NCBI GenBank assembly: GCA_037447605.1
Contig: CM074805.1
Location: 3,753,361-3,817,360 of the forward strand
Source: Zygnema circumcarinatum SAG 698-1b
Taxonomy: Eukaryota > Plantae > Zygnematophyceae
Reading direction: 5' to 3'
Length of the DNA stretch: 64,000 nt
Shown: piece after piece, positions 39,756-52,919 of the stretch
Position numbering within the stretch: the stretch's first letter is position 1
Layout: the number at the start of each line of letters is the position of its first letter
The notes under the pieces: generated by a model
What the model was told of the DNA's origin: nothing
What the model saw: the letters and a program-made list of their open reading frames with translations, nothing else
Databases searched by the model: none
Made by a program: the position numbers and the translations under genes

Positions 39756-39977
39756 ATGATTGAGGTGGTGTTGAATGATCGTCTCGGTAAAAAGGTGCGG
39801 GTAAAGTGCAACGAGGATGACACCATCGGCGATCTGAAGAAGCTTGTGGCTGCGCAGACAGGCACTCGGCCTGAGAAGATCCGAATTCAGAAGTGGTACA
39901 CGATATACAAGGATCACATCACTCTGGCGGACTACGAAATCCATGACGGCATGGGCCTGGAGCTTTATTACAACTGA
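39756..39977 (+). CDS. UBL5: Ubiquitin-like protein 5 (Hub1)
   Basis: 73 aa, [38 protein letters not shown]...GMGLELYYN, with the di-tyrosine C-terminus. Confidence 0.98.
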   Translation: MIEVVLNDRLGKKVRVKCNEDDTIGDLKKLVAAQTGTRPEKIRIQKWYTIYKDHITLADYEIHDGMGLELYYN

Positions 39978-42810
39978 GGGGGGTATCAGACAAATGCGAT
40001 GCAACAGGAGGGTCGTTTTGATCCATTTTTTTCGTGTATAGCTGAAGTCAGATTTCAGTTGCAGAAAATGCTTTTTGTATGACGTATTTGGTCTCTTCAT
40101 GGATTAGATTCATGAAAAGGATCTTTTGTTGTTGTGTACATTGCCAAAATTAGGGTTTCATTTTCATGTTTCATAGCGAGCCAGCCAGGATCTTTGTGCG
40201 AGTTACTAGTCACTAATCTCTTCCCATTCGAAAACCTTTTTAGAAGCCCTGATTTGATAACTAAATATACTGCATTTTGTAACGACGAACAGGGTGTAGG
40301 CATTTTGATGGCACGAAAGCTCTGAATTCTCCACTTGAAATGCCCAGGATCTTCGTGTGATGTGAGGATGTTTGAGCTGTTCTACACTCCTTGCTGGGCG
40401 AGCCATTCAATATAGATGTGTGCTGACGTTATGAAGTCAACTTACTGATGATTGCTTTCTTTTTGGTAATTTATCATAACGAGGAAGATTTAGTTCCAGT
40501 CCAAAATTTCTGTTAGCAATTTCAGCATTAACGGTTGAAGTCAGTCACACAAATGTCATTTGGTTTGCTTTGGTGAATTCCATTTTTTTTTTTCGGTTTT
40601 GTGCTTTGCTGATGACAAATGAACTCGAAGGAAAGTTGATTATTAGGAAGTAGGTGACCTCGGAACTAATACGTTTACGATTCAAGGGACTCCTGGCAGC
40701 TCTATTGATTTCTATTGTCTACAATAGCTTACATTGTCATGCTTTGTTTCAATGGTTACACCTTTGGATTGCACGAATGTTCTTTGTTTTATTTGGTAAG
40801 TCACGTCAACAATTACACTAGGGCCCTTTCACATCTTTCAAAACCTAATTGCAGTGTTCACTTTACAATCTCTTTCCGGTAGGGAATCTGTTCGTCCGTT
40901 CGTTCCATACGTAGCGTTCAATTACAGCAGTTGTATGGTCGTTCTAAAAAAAGAAAAAAAGGGTTTCCAAAATTCTGAAACTCTTAGATATTCGAACGTT
41001 CGCATTCTAATATCTAAAACGCTAAAACTGCTTTGTACGGACGCACAGCCGTCCCTAGGTCAAACTCGACCGACCTCGTCCTCCTGTCCAGTCCTTGTGA
41101 CTCCAGTCCCCCTCTTCCCGCCGCATACAACCATACATCACGCATGCCTGCATACATACATACAAACATGCATGCAGGCATGCATGCTCATGTCCGGACA
41201 GCGGAGCCACAGCGGCGGGCAGGCAGCCAGGCAGGCGCATCGTACGACGTCCGCCCGGCACCGCCCCCGGCCACGCCCGGCCGTACAGGCAGCTCGGCCC
41301 CTCACGACCCGGGATCTGCTGGCTGGACGCGCCACATAAATGCCGTTTCTGGCCCACGTGGAGGCTCATTGGCGCGCCACGTGGCCCACGCAGCTAGCGG
41401 CGGCGGCTCGCAGACAACGGCCCCCCCCCGGCGCGGTACTCTTTCTCCCTTGCGGTGGCAGTTCCATGAGAGGAGCCTCGCCTGCAGAGCGTTGTATATA
41501 GCGGTAACAGGAGTATATATGAACGTTCACATGTGCGAGTTTCTCCCCCTTCCAGTTACACCTCGAACAGCTCCGTGTTGCGCTGTGTCGTTTCGGGATC
41601 CGATATGTTCAGCGAACCCGAGGCGCGGGATTTCCGCCGGAACGCGTACGCCCCGCCGGCGGCAGAGTACCGGTTCAGGTAGGGCTCGCCCGCCGCCGTC
41701 GGGCTCTGGGACTGTCTGACAGCCAGCGCGGCCCCTCCCGCGCCGGCGCTGGGCGGGCATTCAGACCATGGCCATGGGCCATGCATGCGCGCATGGCCAT
41801 GCCATGCCGTAGCCATCCATGGACGCATGCATGCATGCGCTGGGCGTACGGCCGCCCTGGCGGGCTCCTGGCCACAGCTTGCGTCTGCCTGCCTGCCTGC
41901 CTGCCTGCTTGCCTGCCCGCCTGCCTGCCCGCCCGCCTGCACTCATTTTAGGGTATCATCGAGGCACGAGGAAGTCGCTCCGCAGGTATTGTACGCTGTG
42001 CCGCTGCTCGACTTCTTCCTGTCCCTGCTCTGCTCTGCGCTGCTCTCTTCCCTCGCCTGACCAAGGCATCCTTGCTCGAACTTTTCTCGTGCACCTGCGT
42101 CGCTCGCTTTCCCTCTGTGTCGCTCTCTCTCTCTCTCGCTCTGTCCCCCGCTGTCTCCCTCTTCGTGTCCTTGCGCGTGCTTGAGGCGCCTTACCTTCCT
42201 CCTTTGAGTCGTTTCTCACTTGAACGTTGAATAGTGGTCGTATAGCTGTCAGACGTCTGCAGGGCGGGACAGTGGCGGGAGTAATAGAAATTTTTTGCTC
42301 ATTTTATTGCGACGGTAATCTTCTTGTTCCGTTTTGATGTCGCTCGAAACCTTGTTTATCGTGTTTTAGCAATGCCAACTGCATGGTCTAGATAAAAGTG
42401 TCGCTTATGATTTATGGGTAGGTCCTTAAGTCTGAATTAACTCGTGTGGGGTGGTAATTTGCGGCTGCAACGCTTTGACGCTCCATTTTTTTCCCGTTAT
42501 CGGAAGCTTACGTTCACGTATGAGAAATTGTGCCGCAGCAGCAATTCCTTTAGATAGACGGTTCGGCCACATTTCAGTTCCAGGTTTAAAGCCTGTTCGT
42601 TTCTTGCGATCTGTCCGGCAACCATTGACGCACGGATGCTGGCAATTTTGCAGGAAAGAGTGAATGGAGCCATTCCCTTGTTGGCGAGGGAGCTACAAGG
42701 TGGATGCATAGTGTGTTGAACAACCTAGCATAAGGAGTAAAGATCAGTGAGATTATAGTTGGACGCCCTCTATCCTGCTGGAATTGAAGGAGCAGAGTCT
42801 CGTATTTGGT

Positions 42811-45800
42811 ATGGCCACAATGCAGGGCCGTCCTCATTTCAGGAGGAAGATAAGCCATTGGATTTCCTTAGGTTCCAAAGACAAGGACAAAGGGTTCTCG
42901 GAGAAGGGTATCCCTTCAAAGTATCAAAGCTCTCCACCTGATTTGAGTCTTTTCAATGATAAACTTCGGGCTAGTCAGCGGTCCCAGTCTCAACCTGAGC
43001 TACGGTCCGAACTGCATAACAATGATCCTATTACACCGCTTGAACGATCGCTTAGTGGAGATTTTGTTTCTGGGCTCCGGGAACATGCTGCAAAGAAGCC
43101 GGGAAGTCGGGCGGCTGAAGAAATAAGTGCTTTTGCTGGGGAAGTGTTTGTCTCAGAAGCAAGAGAACAGGCAGGGAGTGGCAGAGGCTCGCTTGATTCA
43201 CGATCCAACGGGGCTCTTCCACCTGCCTTTCGCCCTAGGAGCCCATGGCGAGGGAAACACGGGTCGCTTTTTAAGATAAAGGGAAAAACGGGCAGTCCGA
43301 CACCGGAATTGACTGGAAAAGAGGAAGTAAAGGGGAAGCTGCATAGCGTGGATGTGTTGAATGGAGAAGAAGACGGTGTAGTGCAGGAGGGCAGGACCGG
43401 AGAAGGCAAAGAAGGCAAATTCTGGGGTACTATTGGTAAGATCAGGACGAATGAGAAGAAAGTTCTTACTTATTCTGAGTCAGGGAGAATAGCAGCTAGT
43501 AAGACTGGGAGCCCTAAGGCACGGAAGACTATAGGCAGCCCAATTAGGAAGAAGGCCCAGTCGGTGAACAAGCCTCGGCGAGTGATTTCACTACTTGGAG
43601 CCGCAACAGAAGTGATTGGATTGTTGGGAATGGAGCATGTTTTGGTGGGAAGGTCCCACGAATGCACTCGGCCTGAATCGGTTGAGAGGCTGCCTTGTGT
43701 CAGCTCGCCAGCTATGGGGAAAGACCTTGATTGTGAATCCAGTGCAGGTATCGATGGCAAGGTGAGAGGCCTTTAAGAAAGCTAAGTTATAGTGCTGTTT
43801 TGTTCTGGTGGAACTGCAGTCAACGCGTCCGTATTAGTCAATCTGGGATAACTTTTTATGCTAGACCTTTGTTGTAATTTCACCCTCGTTTGACTCATTT
43901 GTTCGTACAGTTAGATACCAATCGTTTTCTGCAGAGGTTTACTAGACGTGGGATTCTTTCATGTCAGGATATGTTGAATGTACACTTTTCGTCACCCCTC
44001 CGTATTTTTCGTCTAAAACTATGTTGCTACTTTGGAAAAGCTTGTGGGCGGTGAATGTATTGCTTATTGGCTTAATTCTTTTTTTGCTGGCAAGGATGGG
44101 ATCAAATAGTGATGTTATAGTCAGTATAGAGGTGGGCTACAGGGAACGCCACAGTCGGTATGGCAGTTTTCTTCCGTTTGGTTGGGATAGTCGTGGGAAA
44201 GAATTGACAGGATGCGATGCAGCCCTTGCTTGTGAAAGGACCTGACAGCATAGCCGCTCATATTCTGAATGATGGTGTGTGGAGTGCAATGCCAGACAAC
44301 TCTCTCTCGGTGTGGTCAAGTGGTACTGAAACATTTGTCATCATTTTATCGCTTGATAGGCCACTCAACCTTGGAAGGAGGTGTTTGCACTGTAATTTCT
44401 CCCACATGTTCCCATTACTCTGGGTGTTATGGAATATCCTCCATTATAGACGAATCATGTGGGTAGCTTGCTGATTGAAAAACTCGTGGGAATGTAAACA
44501 CTGCAGGTTCAAGAGCTTTTGAAGAAGGGCCTTGCCCGCTACTCCCTCGACCTGCAAACCATGAGCGACCTGCAGCCCGACCTTATCATCACGCAGGATG
44601 CCTGCAGCGTGTGCGCCGTCTCCCTCGACGAACTCCAACAAGCAGCCGGAGAGTACCTCGCTGCTGCCGGACGGGCCTGCCAAATTCTCTCTCTGCAGCC
44701 CACCACTGTAAGTTCGAACCATTACCCCCCTTCATTGAATTCCTTTCCTCGTTGGCAGCATTGCATATAGGTGTTTTTATATGCAACACTATAAGAACAA
44801 AGCGTGCATATGGATCATCCTCCATTCGTCGTACGCTGCGTGCATCTCACCGTGTGTCTCCATGGCATTCGACAGGTGGCACACGTGTGGGAGAACATCC
44901 GGCAGATTGCGGATGCTTTGGGCGAACCTGAAAAGGGCGAAGCGCTTATGCACACACTGCAAAGCCGATGGGCGGCCGTGGAAGATCGCATTCCAACCAA
45001 TGCGGAGGCTCCGTCTGCAAACGTGGCATGCCTTCAGTGGCTGGACCCTCTAATGGGGGCAGGCTATTGGGTGCCTGAAATCGTCCAGTGTGCTGGGGGA
45101 ACGTGTGCAACAGGGCAGGTGGGTCTTAAATAAGAGACCGTACGCTGCATAAAGGAAGGAGTACTATTTCTTCTTTTGAAAGCTATTCTGCTTTAGGGAA
45201 ACTTCTTTTGCTTTCTCGCTTCTTACCATGTGTGAGTGCACTGGGTTTGCAGGCTGGAGAAGCTACCGGTGTGCTCAGCCTTGAGCAGCTTTTGAAAGTG
45301 GACCCGGAGATCATTGTTGTGATGTGTTGTGGATACGGACTAGATGCTGCAGCTCGTGAACTCAGCAACTTGGAACGGAAGAAGGAGTGGACTCGCCTGC
45401 GGGCAGTAGCTTCGGGACGCGTCTTCTTGGTAGATGGGTCCAGGTCAGCATTGGTTCACTCTGGGATAAGATTGTAGAGGAAAATCTGCTACTTCAGACA
45501 GCCATTTATCTTCTATTGACCTGGTATTTGTCTTATTGTTGGGCTCAACTTAGTTCATTTCTCAGGAAGAGGCTGACCCGTTTGCGTAACGTTCTGCAGA
45601 TATTTCAACTCCTCCGGCCCTGCTATTGTGGATTCGGCAGAACTTCTAGCAGAGATCTTGCATGGGTGGGAACTGGGATGCCATCTTTATGAAGGTGCGG
45701 GATTCATTAGGTGGAAGACGAGTGGGAGGGGTGTCTCTTCTCCTGCAAGAAGCAGGTCTCCTTCGAAACCTTCCCATGTGTTGGTTCTGAATGATGACCT

Positions 45801-48800
45801 CGAGGCAGCCCTCGACGGCTTCAGACTTCCCAAGGACTCTCCTCTCAATTGGATAAAAACTAGTACAAATTGGGACATGGAAATCAATGGCAAAGTCGCC
45901 GGCTTGAAGTTGGACGATGAGTCAGAGGATGCAGATCAGAGGAGGCACGAGGAGGCTGAGAGAGAGGTTGGTGAAGGCGGTAACCGTCAGCGGCGTGAAG
46001 GTGTAGTAGTTTCTTCAAGAAAGGGTGACTTAGTAGCTGAAGGTACTGGTTTTCTAGAGAGTTTAACACCCCGGAAAGGCTACAGAATTCCAGAGTATCT
46101 CGATGACACACAGCTTCTAGAAAGGCTTGCCGACGGCGTTTCTGTGAATGGGAGTGTGAACGGCAAAAGGGTTGAAAGCATAGACCTCGAAAAGGGAACT
46201 TTGGTGAAGGGTGGGATGCAAAAAAATGGATGGCTACAAGCGCCCAAGCCCCCCAAATGGGGCCCTCCATCGCCGACGGGTAGAGATTCAACACTGCACT
46301 GCCTCACAGCAGGGTCGAAGAATAATGCCCGTGAGGATGGTGAGTTAGGCGGCAGAGTGGGCCCCACAGAGGTCGGAGATGGGGAGGTCATGAGCAACCC
46401 AAGCAGCACACGTGGGATGACAGTGGGTCCACTGGTTGTCACGCAATTGGAAGGGGATGCAGCGGACCATGAAGAGAATACCCCAAATGCTGAGGCTGAT
46501 AAAGAGAAGGAGAATACAATTAGGAAGGCAGAAACTGGCGAGGGATCGGCTGTGAACCCTCACAGGGTCGAGGATGAACTTAAACTTCAGGAAATGCCGA
46601 ACGGTTCATCGATGGATCATGTCACAGTCAAGGATGTACATCCGTTAGACAACAGTTTGCCCAACCCGAACCCCTCCATGGCGTTGCGTACACTTCTACT
46701 GAAGGTGTTGTCTGATACTCTCCCAGCAGACTGCCTTCTATTGAGTGGAGGACTGGCCAGCGACGTGTTGGCTGAAGCCGCTTTAGAGATAGGCAAAGGA
46801 GGATTCAAAAGTGCCATTACAGTCGCATGTGGAGCAAAGGCTGCCGATCGACCCCACTCTACCGCAGTGGCCATGAAGACAGGGTTGCCGCAGATTGTTC
46901 TCTCCCAGCGGCCGATGGACCTCCTTGAAGCAGAGCTCAAGTTTGTTGTTCGGACTCTTCGCACTTTTGACCCCCTGGAGGTGAGCATTCCTTGGAATAA
47001 GCTTCATGAGTCTTCGTTCCCTGCAGCTTAATAGAGAAGGAAGACTGAATGTTTCGACGGAGAAACATTCAGCTGTTGTCACCTTGAATTGGCGGAATAG
47101 GTCATGGGGGATTGGTTTGTGTTGACTTCATGGCAATGGTTGAGAGAAGTGCAGGTCCGTTCCGGGTTGGCATTGGCGGGAGCATTGAGGATGGCCCAGC
47201 AGCAGGGCTTCACTTCAGTGGTAACAGGAGATGGAGCCGAAGAGCTTTTCACTGGGTATGAGAACCTACTGCACAGCGACCTGTTGGTGTTTTTCTTGGA
47301 TAACTACTATGTATTCGAGCTCAACAGGGTAACAGACAATGCCCAAAGGTAGAGGGAAGAAGGCTCATTTCCCGTGTGTTTTCTTTATCTTGATTTGGGA
47401 ATGTGCGCGTTGCTGGCAGATACGGATTCATGGCCAAAATGACGGAGCCGAAGCTGCAGGAATGTCGGCAGCATATGGTGGAGTATTTGCGCTATCCCGT
47501 GGTAGCACTTGGAGAGGCCTTGGGGCTTGAGGTTAGCTCAACTTACCTTGTAGGGCTTATGGGGAAAGGGATGTGCGGGCTATTGGCTCCTTCCTTTCCC
47601 GTTGGCTAGCGGTATAGGAGATGCATACAGGGTGATAATGGTGGAGCTGCTGCCTTGGAGACTGCTATCATGGTCCTTCTGAATTTCATAGGACATTGTC
47701 ATCAGAGGGTGTGACTTAGTGGAGGTGTGCTTTTTATGCGGATCTTTTGCACCATGTATGTGTGTCTTGGCTGTTAACTTTTGTGTGTCTGGATGAGAAT
47801 CAGGTTCGACAGCCTTTCCTTCATAAAGACATACGGCGGTTCGCTTTAGGATTGAGCAAGGTAGAGCTTATGGGAGAGAATTTCGCTGGAGAAGGTGATG
47901 GTCCAGCAGGAAAGCTTTTACTGCGGCAGGCATTCCCGGAAGTCTATGCTGCTGGCCGACAAAAGGAGCAGATTGAGGTGCTTATCTCTGTTCTTCCCTT
48001 AATGGCTAAATCTTATAGAACTTTAGAAAAATCTGGACAGTTGAGGGCATACGGCATGTATGTTTTTACAGTTAGACGAATCCCTACTTCTTAGCCTTTT
48101 CTGACAAGCTTTGTCTCCTCTTCTCATCCAGGTGGGAGCAGGGACTGCTTCTTTGAAGCGTACCCTATCCCGACGGATAAGCCCCGATGAGTTCCGTATG
48201 GAGAAAATGCGCATTAGAAAAGAAGACCGCATTCGATTGCGAGATGCTGAGCAGCTGCACTATTACCGCGCTTTCCGGACTGTCGTAGGGGGACCCGACC
48301 TTGCAGGTGTTGTGAGGTTTGGCCCGGAGGCATGCGTTGCCTGCGGATATCCCCCCATGTTTGCAGACCAGCTCGTCTGCAGCACCTGTGGGGAATATCC
48401 GGCAAGGAAAGCAAGCAGGGGCGGAGAAAGCAATAAACAAGCAACCCCTGAAGCAGGTCACAGCATGCAGGAGAGCAAAGCGAAGGTGGGGGGTGGGGGA
48501 ATTCAGGGCCGGAATGTGCCTAAATCAGTCCCAGTCAGTAGTGAGGGTAGGGACAGTCGGAGGGGGGCAGAGACCGACGGTAAGAATGTTAGCGAGTATG
48601 GGAGGCGTGCTGTTGGAGGCGGGCTTAAGGGCAGTACATTCGTGGATTCTCATTCAAAGGTTGCTTCTGGGCTTGGAGAGCGGTTGCAAGTCAAGACAAC
48701 AGATCGAGGGGGACGTGAGTCGAACGTCATAGTGGGGGAGGATTGTTCGACAGAATGCTTGAAGTCATCTGCCCAAGGAAAGAGAGGGAGCGGACCTTGT

Positions 48801-49151
48801 CAGTATCACAATGGAAAGATTGGAGGAGGTTGGACACGTCTCAACCCCACGGCAGGGCAGGCACTGGACCTGTGGGGGCTGCTTGAAGGGGCAGGGAAAA
48901 CATTAATGGAGGCGGGGAAGGGGGGTGCGTTGGAAGATCAGGGGGTAGGGGCCCTATTGGAAAGCATTGATAACGGTCTGGGAGCGTGGCATGAGATGAT
49001 TTATGGTGATAGCGAGGCAAGCTCAGAGGGTGGGTCAGTGATTGAGATCGATTTTGGAAGCAGAACGGAGTCAGAAGGGGATGAGGAGGGGCGGGGAGAG
49101 GTGGATCATGAGCGGATGGAAAATGGAGGTGAGTGCCAAGGGAACATATGA
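42811..49151 (+). CDS. Multidomain protein: disordered N-terminus + BtuF/cobalamin-Fe-siderophore-binding (class III SBP) domain + disordered linker + asparagine-synthetase-like PP-loop domain + CxxC..CxxC Zn ribbon; exons ~42811-43761, 44507-44707, 44876-45118, 45253-45443, 45600-46980, 47155-47255, 47420-47531, 47804-47977, 48132-49151
   Basis: SBP motifs: RVISLLGAATEVI..LG....LVGRSHEC, PDLIITQDACSVCAVS, CLQWLDPLMGAGYWVPE, DPEIIVVMCCGY, LRAVASGRVFLVDG.RYFNSSGP. Synthetase-like motifs: LLLSGGLAS, VVTGDGAEELFTGY, EVRQPFL, GKLLLRQAF, RQKEQIEVGAG. Zn ribbon: CVACG..CSTCG. All GT-AG joins are in frame, and the two domains are linked within one exon (45600-46980). Confidence 0.85.
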
Positions 49152-51064
49152 CACGACTTTTTCCCTTGAGACTGGGGTTTCCGTTAATTGTGAAACTTTG
49201 GGTAACCCCTTAATCCTGTTAATGTATTAATTGTGACAGGCAATATGGAGGGATCGAAGTCTGCATTTGTGCCTGCAAGGAGCATTTTGAGGACTTCATC
49301 GCCGGTCGTCTCTTCAACAATCTCGGGTCGATTACCATTTCCGAGACAACAGGGTCGTTAAACCGTGATTTTCTTCGGAGGGGCCACCCTAGGGAAGTCG
49401 AGGGTGGATAAGAGAGCACACATGGAACGGAAGTGATTCCAAATCCATGTTTGGAACTCTGACAGTCCCTCTTAATAATCGGCTCTCGTCCGCACCACGT
49501 GTGACCAGGAAACATGGAGAAAATCCTTCCATGTCCTGGAACCTGGAAAAATGGAGGAACGTGTAGATGCTAGCACTAGTGGGCTCCAATTTCTGCCCGT
49601 TTTCCTTTTCAATTCTTTTGCACCACTCCGGCATGGAAACTCCGGACCTTTTTTCGATTTCGGTTTGTTTTTCAGTTCGTATATTCTTTTTGTGGAGGGG
49701 ACATGCTAAAGGAGAAGATAGTGGGGTGAGCAGGGGGTTGTGGGCACCACGGTACCGGGGAAGGAATAAGGCTCAGCCAGTTGGAGGTGTTGGACGCGCA
49801 TGGCTAAGGGACAGAGAGGAGCTCTGCCGGAAAAGGTGTTGGAAGGGAGCCCTGCTGGTTTCCATCGCCCTTATAAGCCGGCGGCTGCATGGACCAGGCT
49901 GTGGAGCCACCTAGTAATAACGTAAATAAGTCGCGTCTTTACAAAGTTGGTTAGTTGGTTAGACGCTTTCTATGGCTCAGTGACTATCCTCGTTTGTAAC
50001 GGATGTGGCTGAAAGGAATGCCGCATCCGTCTAGTAGGAGCTCAGGGAAAACTAGAAGCGGAGCAGAAGAATGCCCGCAATACTCGTCGTTTATGGGAAG
50101 CATGTGCTGGAGACATGACCCGCGTTCATGGTTCTCTTGTTTGTGGACTTGCACTGAACCGAGCTGCAGACGCATGTTCTTGCAGCATTTTCTGGCACTT
50201 TAGTTTCTGCGCAAAGCTTTCCGTCACCGTTGTCATCACGAGTGCATGTGTCAGGCTTGCTCTACTGCTGATCCTCTAAATCGCATTGGGGAAAATGGCA
50301 CAAATGGGATCCACGCAGCATGTTGTCATCTGATCGGCCCACTGCACCAAGGTTCGAAGCCGCATATAAGTTCGCAGTGCATTTGTGCGGAGTAAAAACT
50401 TACAATCATGCAAATTGCGCTTACCATACTGTAAAGCATGACCTATGCAGCTTCACCCCAAGAGAAGATCTGTTGGTGCCACTTGGCAGGTCTTGCTGAT
50501 AATCGCTACAAGACTTGCCAACTCAACTACACATGGGCGTGCAGTGTACCACAGACAGCTTTGTCTGACTGCAAGTTCAGTTAGCCGACTTCGTCACTAG
50601 TTTCGAACTTTGAATGCTGACGAAATGCCGGCGTAAAGCGTGGATTCAAAAATTTGCCATGTGCGCCAGCCGCATTCAATAAGATTCCATTTCAGCTTTT
50701 GCGTGTACATTCGAACACCACCGTTGCTTTTAGTTCTACCAACCAAAGCTGAGTACCACCAAGGAAATGGAAACAATAAAGCAATTGCGATAGGCTGAGC
50801 ACAGCACAACGCAGAGCAGAAACTTGGTGACGATACACGCAAAACCATACAGAAAGAAACAGCCCATGACAAGTAGCCGTAGCTGATGCCTTCAATATCC
50901 CTTTTCTCCCGTTCAAAACAAGGGGCTCTTTACCACAACACGGCAATCTAAACGAACGGATGGATCTGGAGCTGCAAGTGTGAGCATGAATTCCAACCCC
51001 ACATTAGGAGAAGGTGGCCCCTTGAGAACCACAGTCGCACAAGGTTCCGAGGAGTGATTGGCAT

Positions 51065-52161
51065 TTACTCCTCCGCTTCCTCCTCCACAGCCTTCATCTG
51101 CCCCTTCTTGGCATATCTCTGGTTTCGCAAGAACTTCGGGTCCATCTGTTCACAACAGGAGAAACTTAATGAGAAATGCGGAGAAACAGTGGACAAACTA
51201 CGAAATGGCACTCCAGGGATTAAGTTTCTCAAGACCTTTCAGTGAGTGAATGGGAAGCCAACTAGTCCAGACAAAAGCACTTTCTGCTGTTCCTGCTAAA
51301 TATACGAACAGCATGCACCAGTGAATACTTTAGAGCAGACCTATTCCCGACAGGTTATCTATTGCCATTAGGCTGTTCCTGACAATCTAAAGGAGGCAGA
51401 TTTTGCGAACGCTGAAAGGGACGACACCCGTGGTTCGACAAGACAATAAAATGTTAAATGCTGAAGGACCTTGACATAAGCAACACTAATGTGTACCCGT
51501 CCAGCCAGGCAACAGGTAACTACACGGTTTGTTGAGGACGATGTTTATCAGCAATCCTACTCGAAATCTTTTGGGCATAAACGGACAATACTGCAGCGAC
51601 AAGGTGATGATTCCCAGCCCCTAGTTCTAAGGCAGTGTTTGAATGTCCTCTGAAAGCGAGCCCTGAACTCTGCTCAGCAGCCAACTGTTTACCAAAGTAG
51701 TAGAAATCGGAATCGATGAAAGAAGCCATTTTAAAAATATTGCCCTTCTAATTGACTTAGGATAAGAAAAACTTAGCTTCCCTTGCACTTCCACATACAA
51801 TTTTCCTGACAAGTGACACCACTAAAGTTCTGAAATACCCCCGCTTACTTAAAGCTCTTAATTTTCGAAGCAAATCGAAAAACAAAAAAAATGATGAACT
51901 TTCTTAGCTGCACACTGACGAGGGCCCGACAAACTCTACAAACACCATCAGGCGGCAACGTCAAAGGCCAAAACTAGTGTCCCTCTTGCGATACCTTCGC
52001 CAAGACAAGATCACCCAAGAACTACAACCATCAAATAGAGGAAATGAAGTAGCACTCACCCCCCGGCGGCTGGGATACTTATTCCGCTTAGGCTTCTTGA
52101 TTCCATTCTTGTGCTGCTTGTAGGTCTGATTGTGCGCCGTGTGATTTTTTGACTTGGCCAT
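51065..52161 (-). CDS. RPL29: 60S ribosomal protein L29 (eL29); exons 52161-52060 and 51145-51065, plus a 5'UTR intron
   Basis: [25 protein letters not shown]...G|[14 protein letters not shown]. Confidence 0.97.
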
Positions 52162-52919
52162 TTTCCTGCATCAGAACATTACCCTCAGCAGAATATTGTC
52201 ATTACCACATGCTCCTGGAAAACTGCTTGGAGGCCTTCATTGAAAGCCAATGGCAGAGCTCACCGGAAAACCAATTCCAGGGAAAATGGAAAAGGTACTA
52301 ACCGCAACCCATTCATAAGTGTCACATACCGAATCGTGATTGCTCATCCATGCAAAGTCTCGCTATGAATATACACGAAGAGAGACAGCAATCAACCCAA
52401 AAAACAGTTCTAAACCTAAACCGTTCCAGGCTAGTGAAAAGGCAATCCTTTTCACTGCAAATTACGTGTACTGAAAGATGTTCCACTGCTTCAAGCTCAA
52501 AATGCTACAATCTCCTTTCTCTGGCACTCTCTAGTACTTTGCGTAAGCTAAAGCGATGCATATCAGGTGAGCATGCTCAATCCAAATGTTGCTTGGATTG
52601 CATTGGAACCAGGTGTTGCTTGTTTCTTCAGTGTGACACTTGGATTCTTTTGATAAACTTATTCGACTTATTACTTCGTTTCTTCATCCTGCGATGTCTC
52701 AAAACTCTATTACTGATTTACGCCTGTCTGCCAACAAGCTAGTCAGTGGTATTCCAATCCCTTAAAAAAATTATTCTCTATGAACACTGTCTTTGCATGT
52801 GATTGAGAAAAACGATGCTATGCTATCCTGGCATGTTTGGTTTCTCATAATCCACTCGAATCACCGCTTCATCAGAGGAATAAGGAGTTCAAAAAGCAAT
52901 CTCCTCAATATAAGCACAA

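Noticed and set aside
39756-39977. UBL5 as a retrocopy because the CDS is intronless
   Set aside because: The CDS is very short and intact, there is a probable 5'UTR intron (acceptor near 39689), and no poly(A) tail or TSD was seen.
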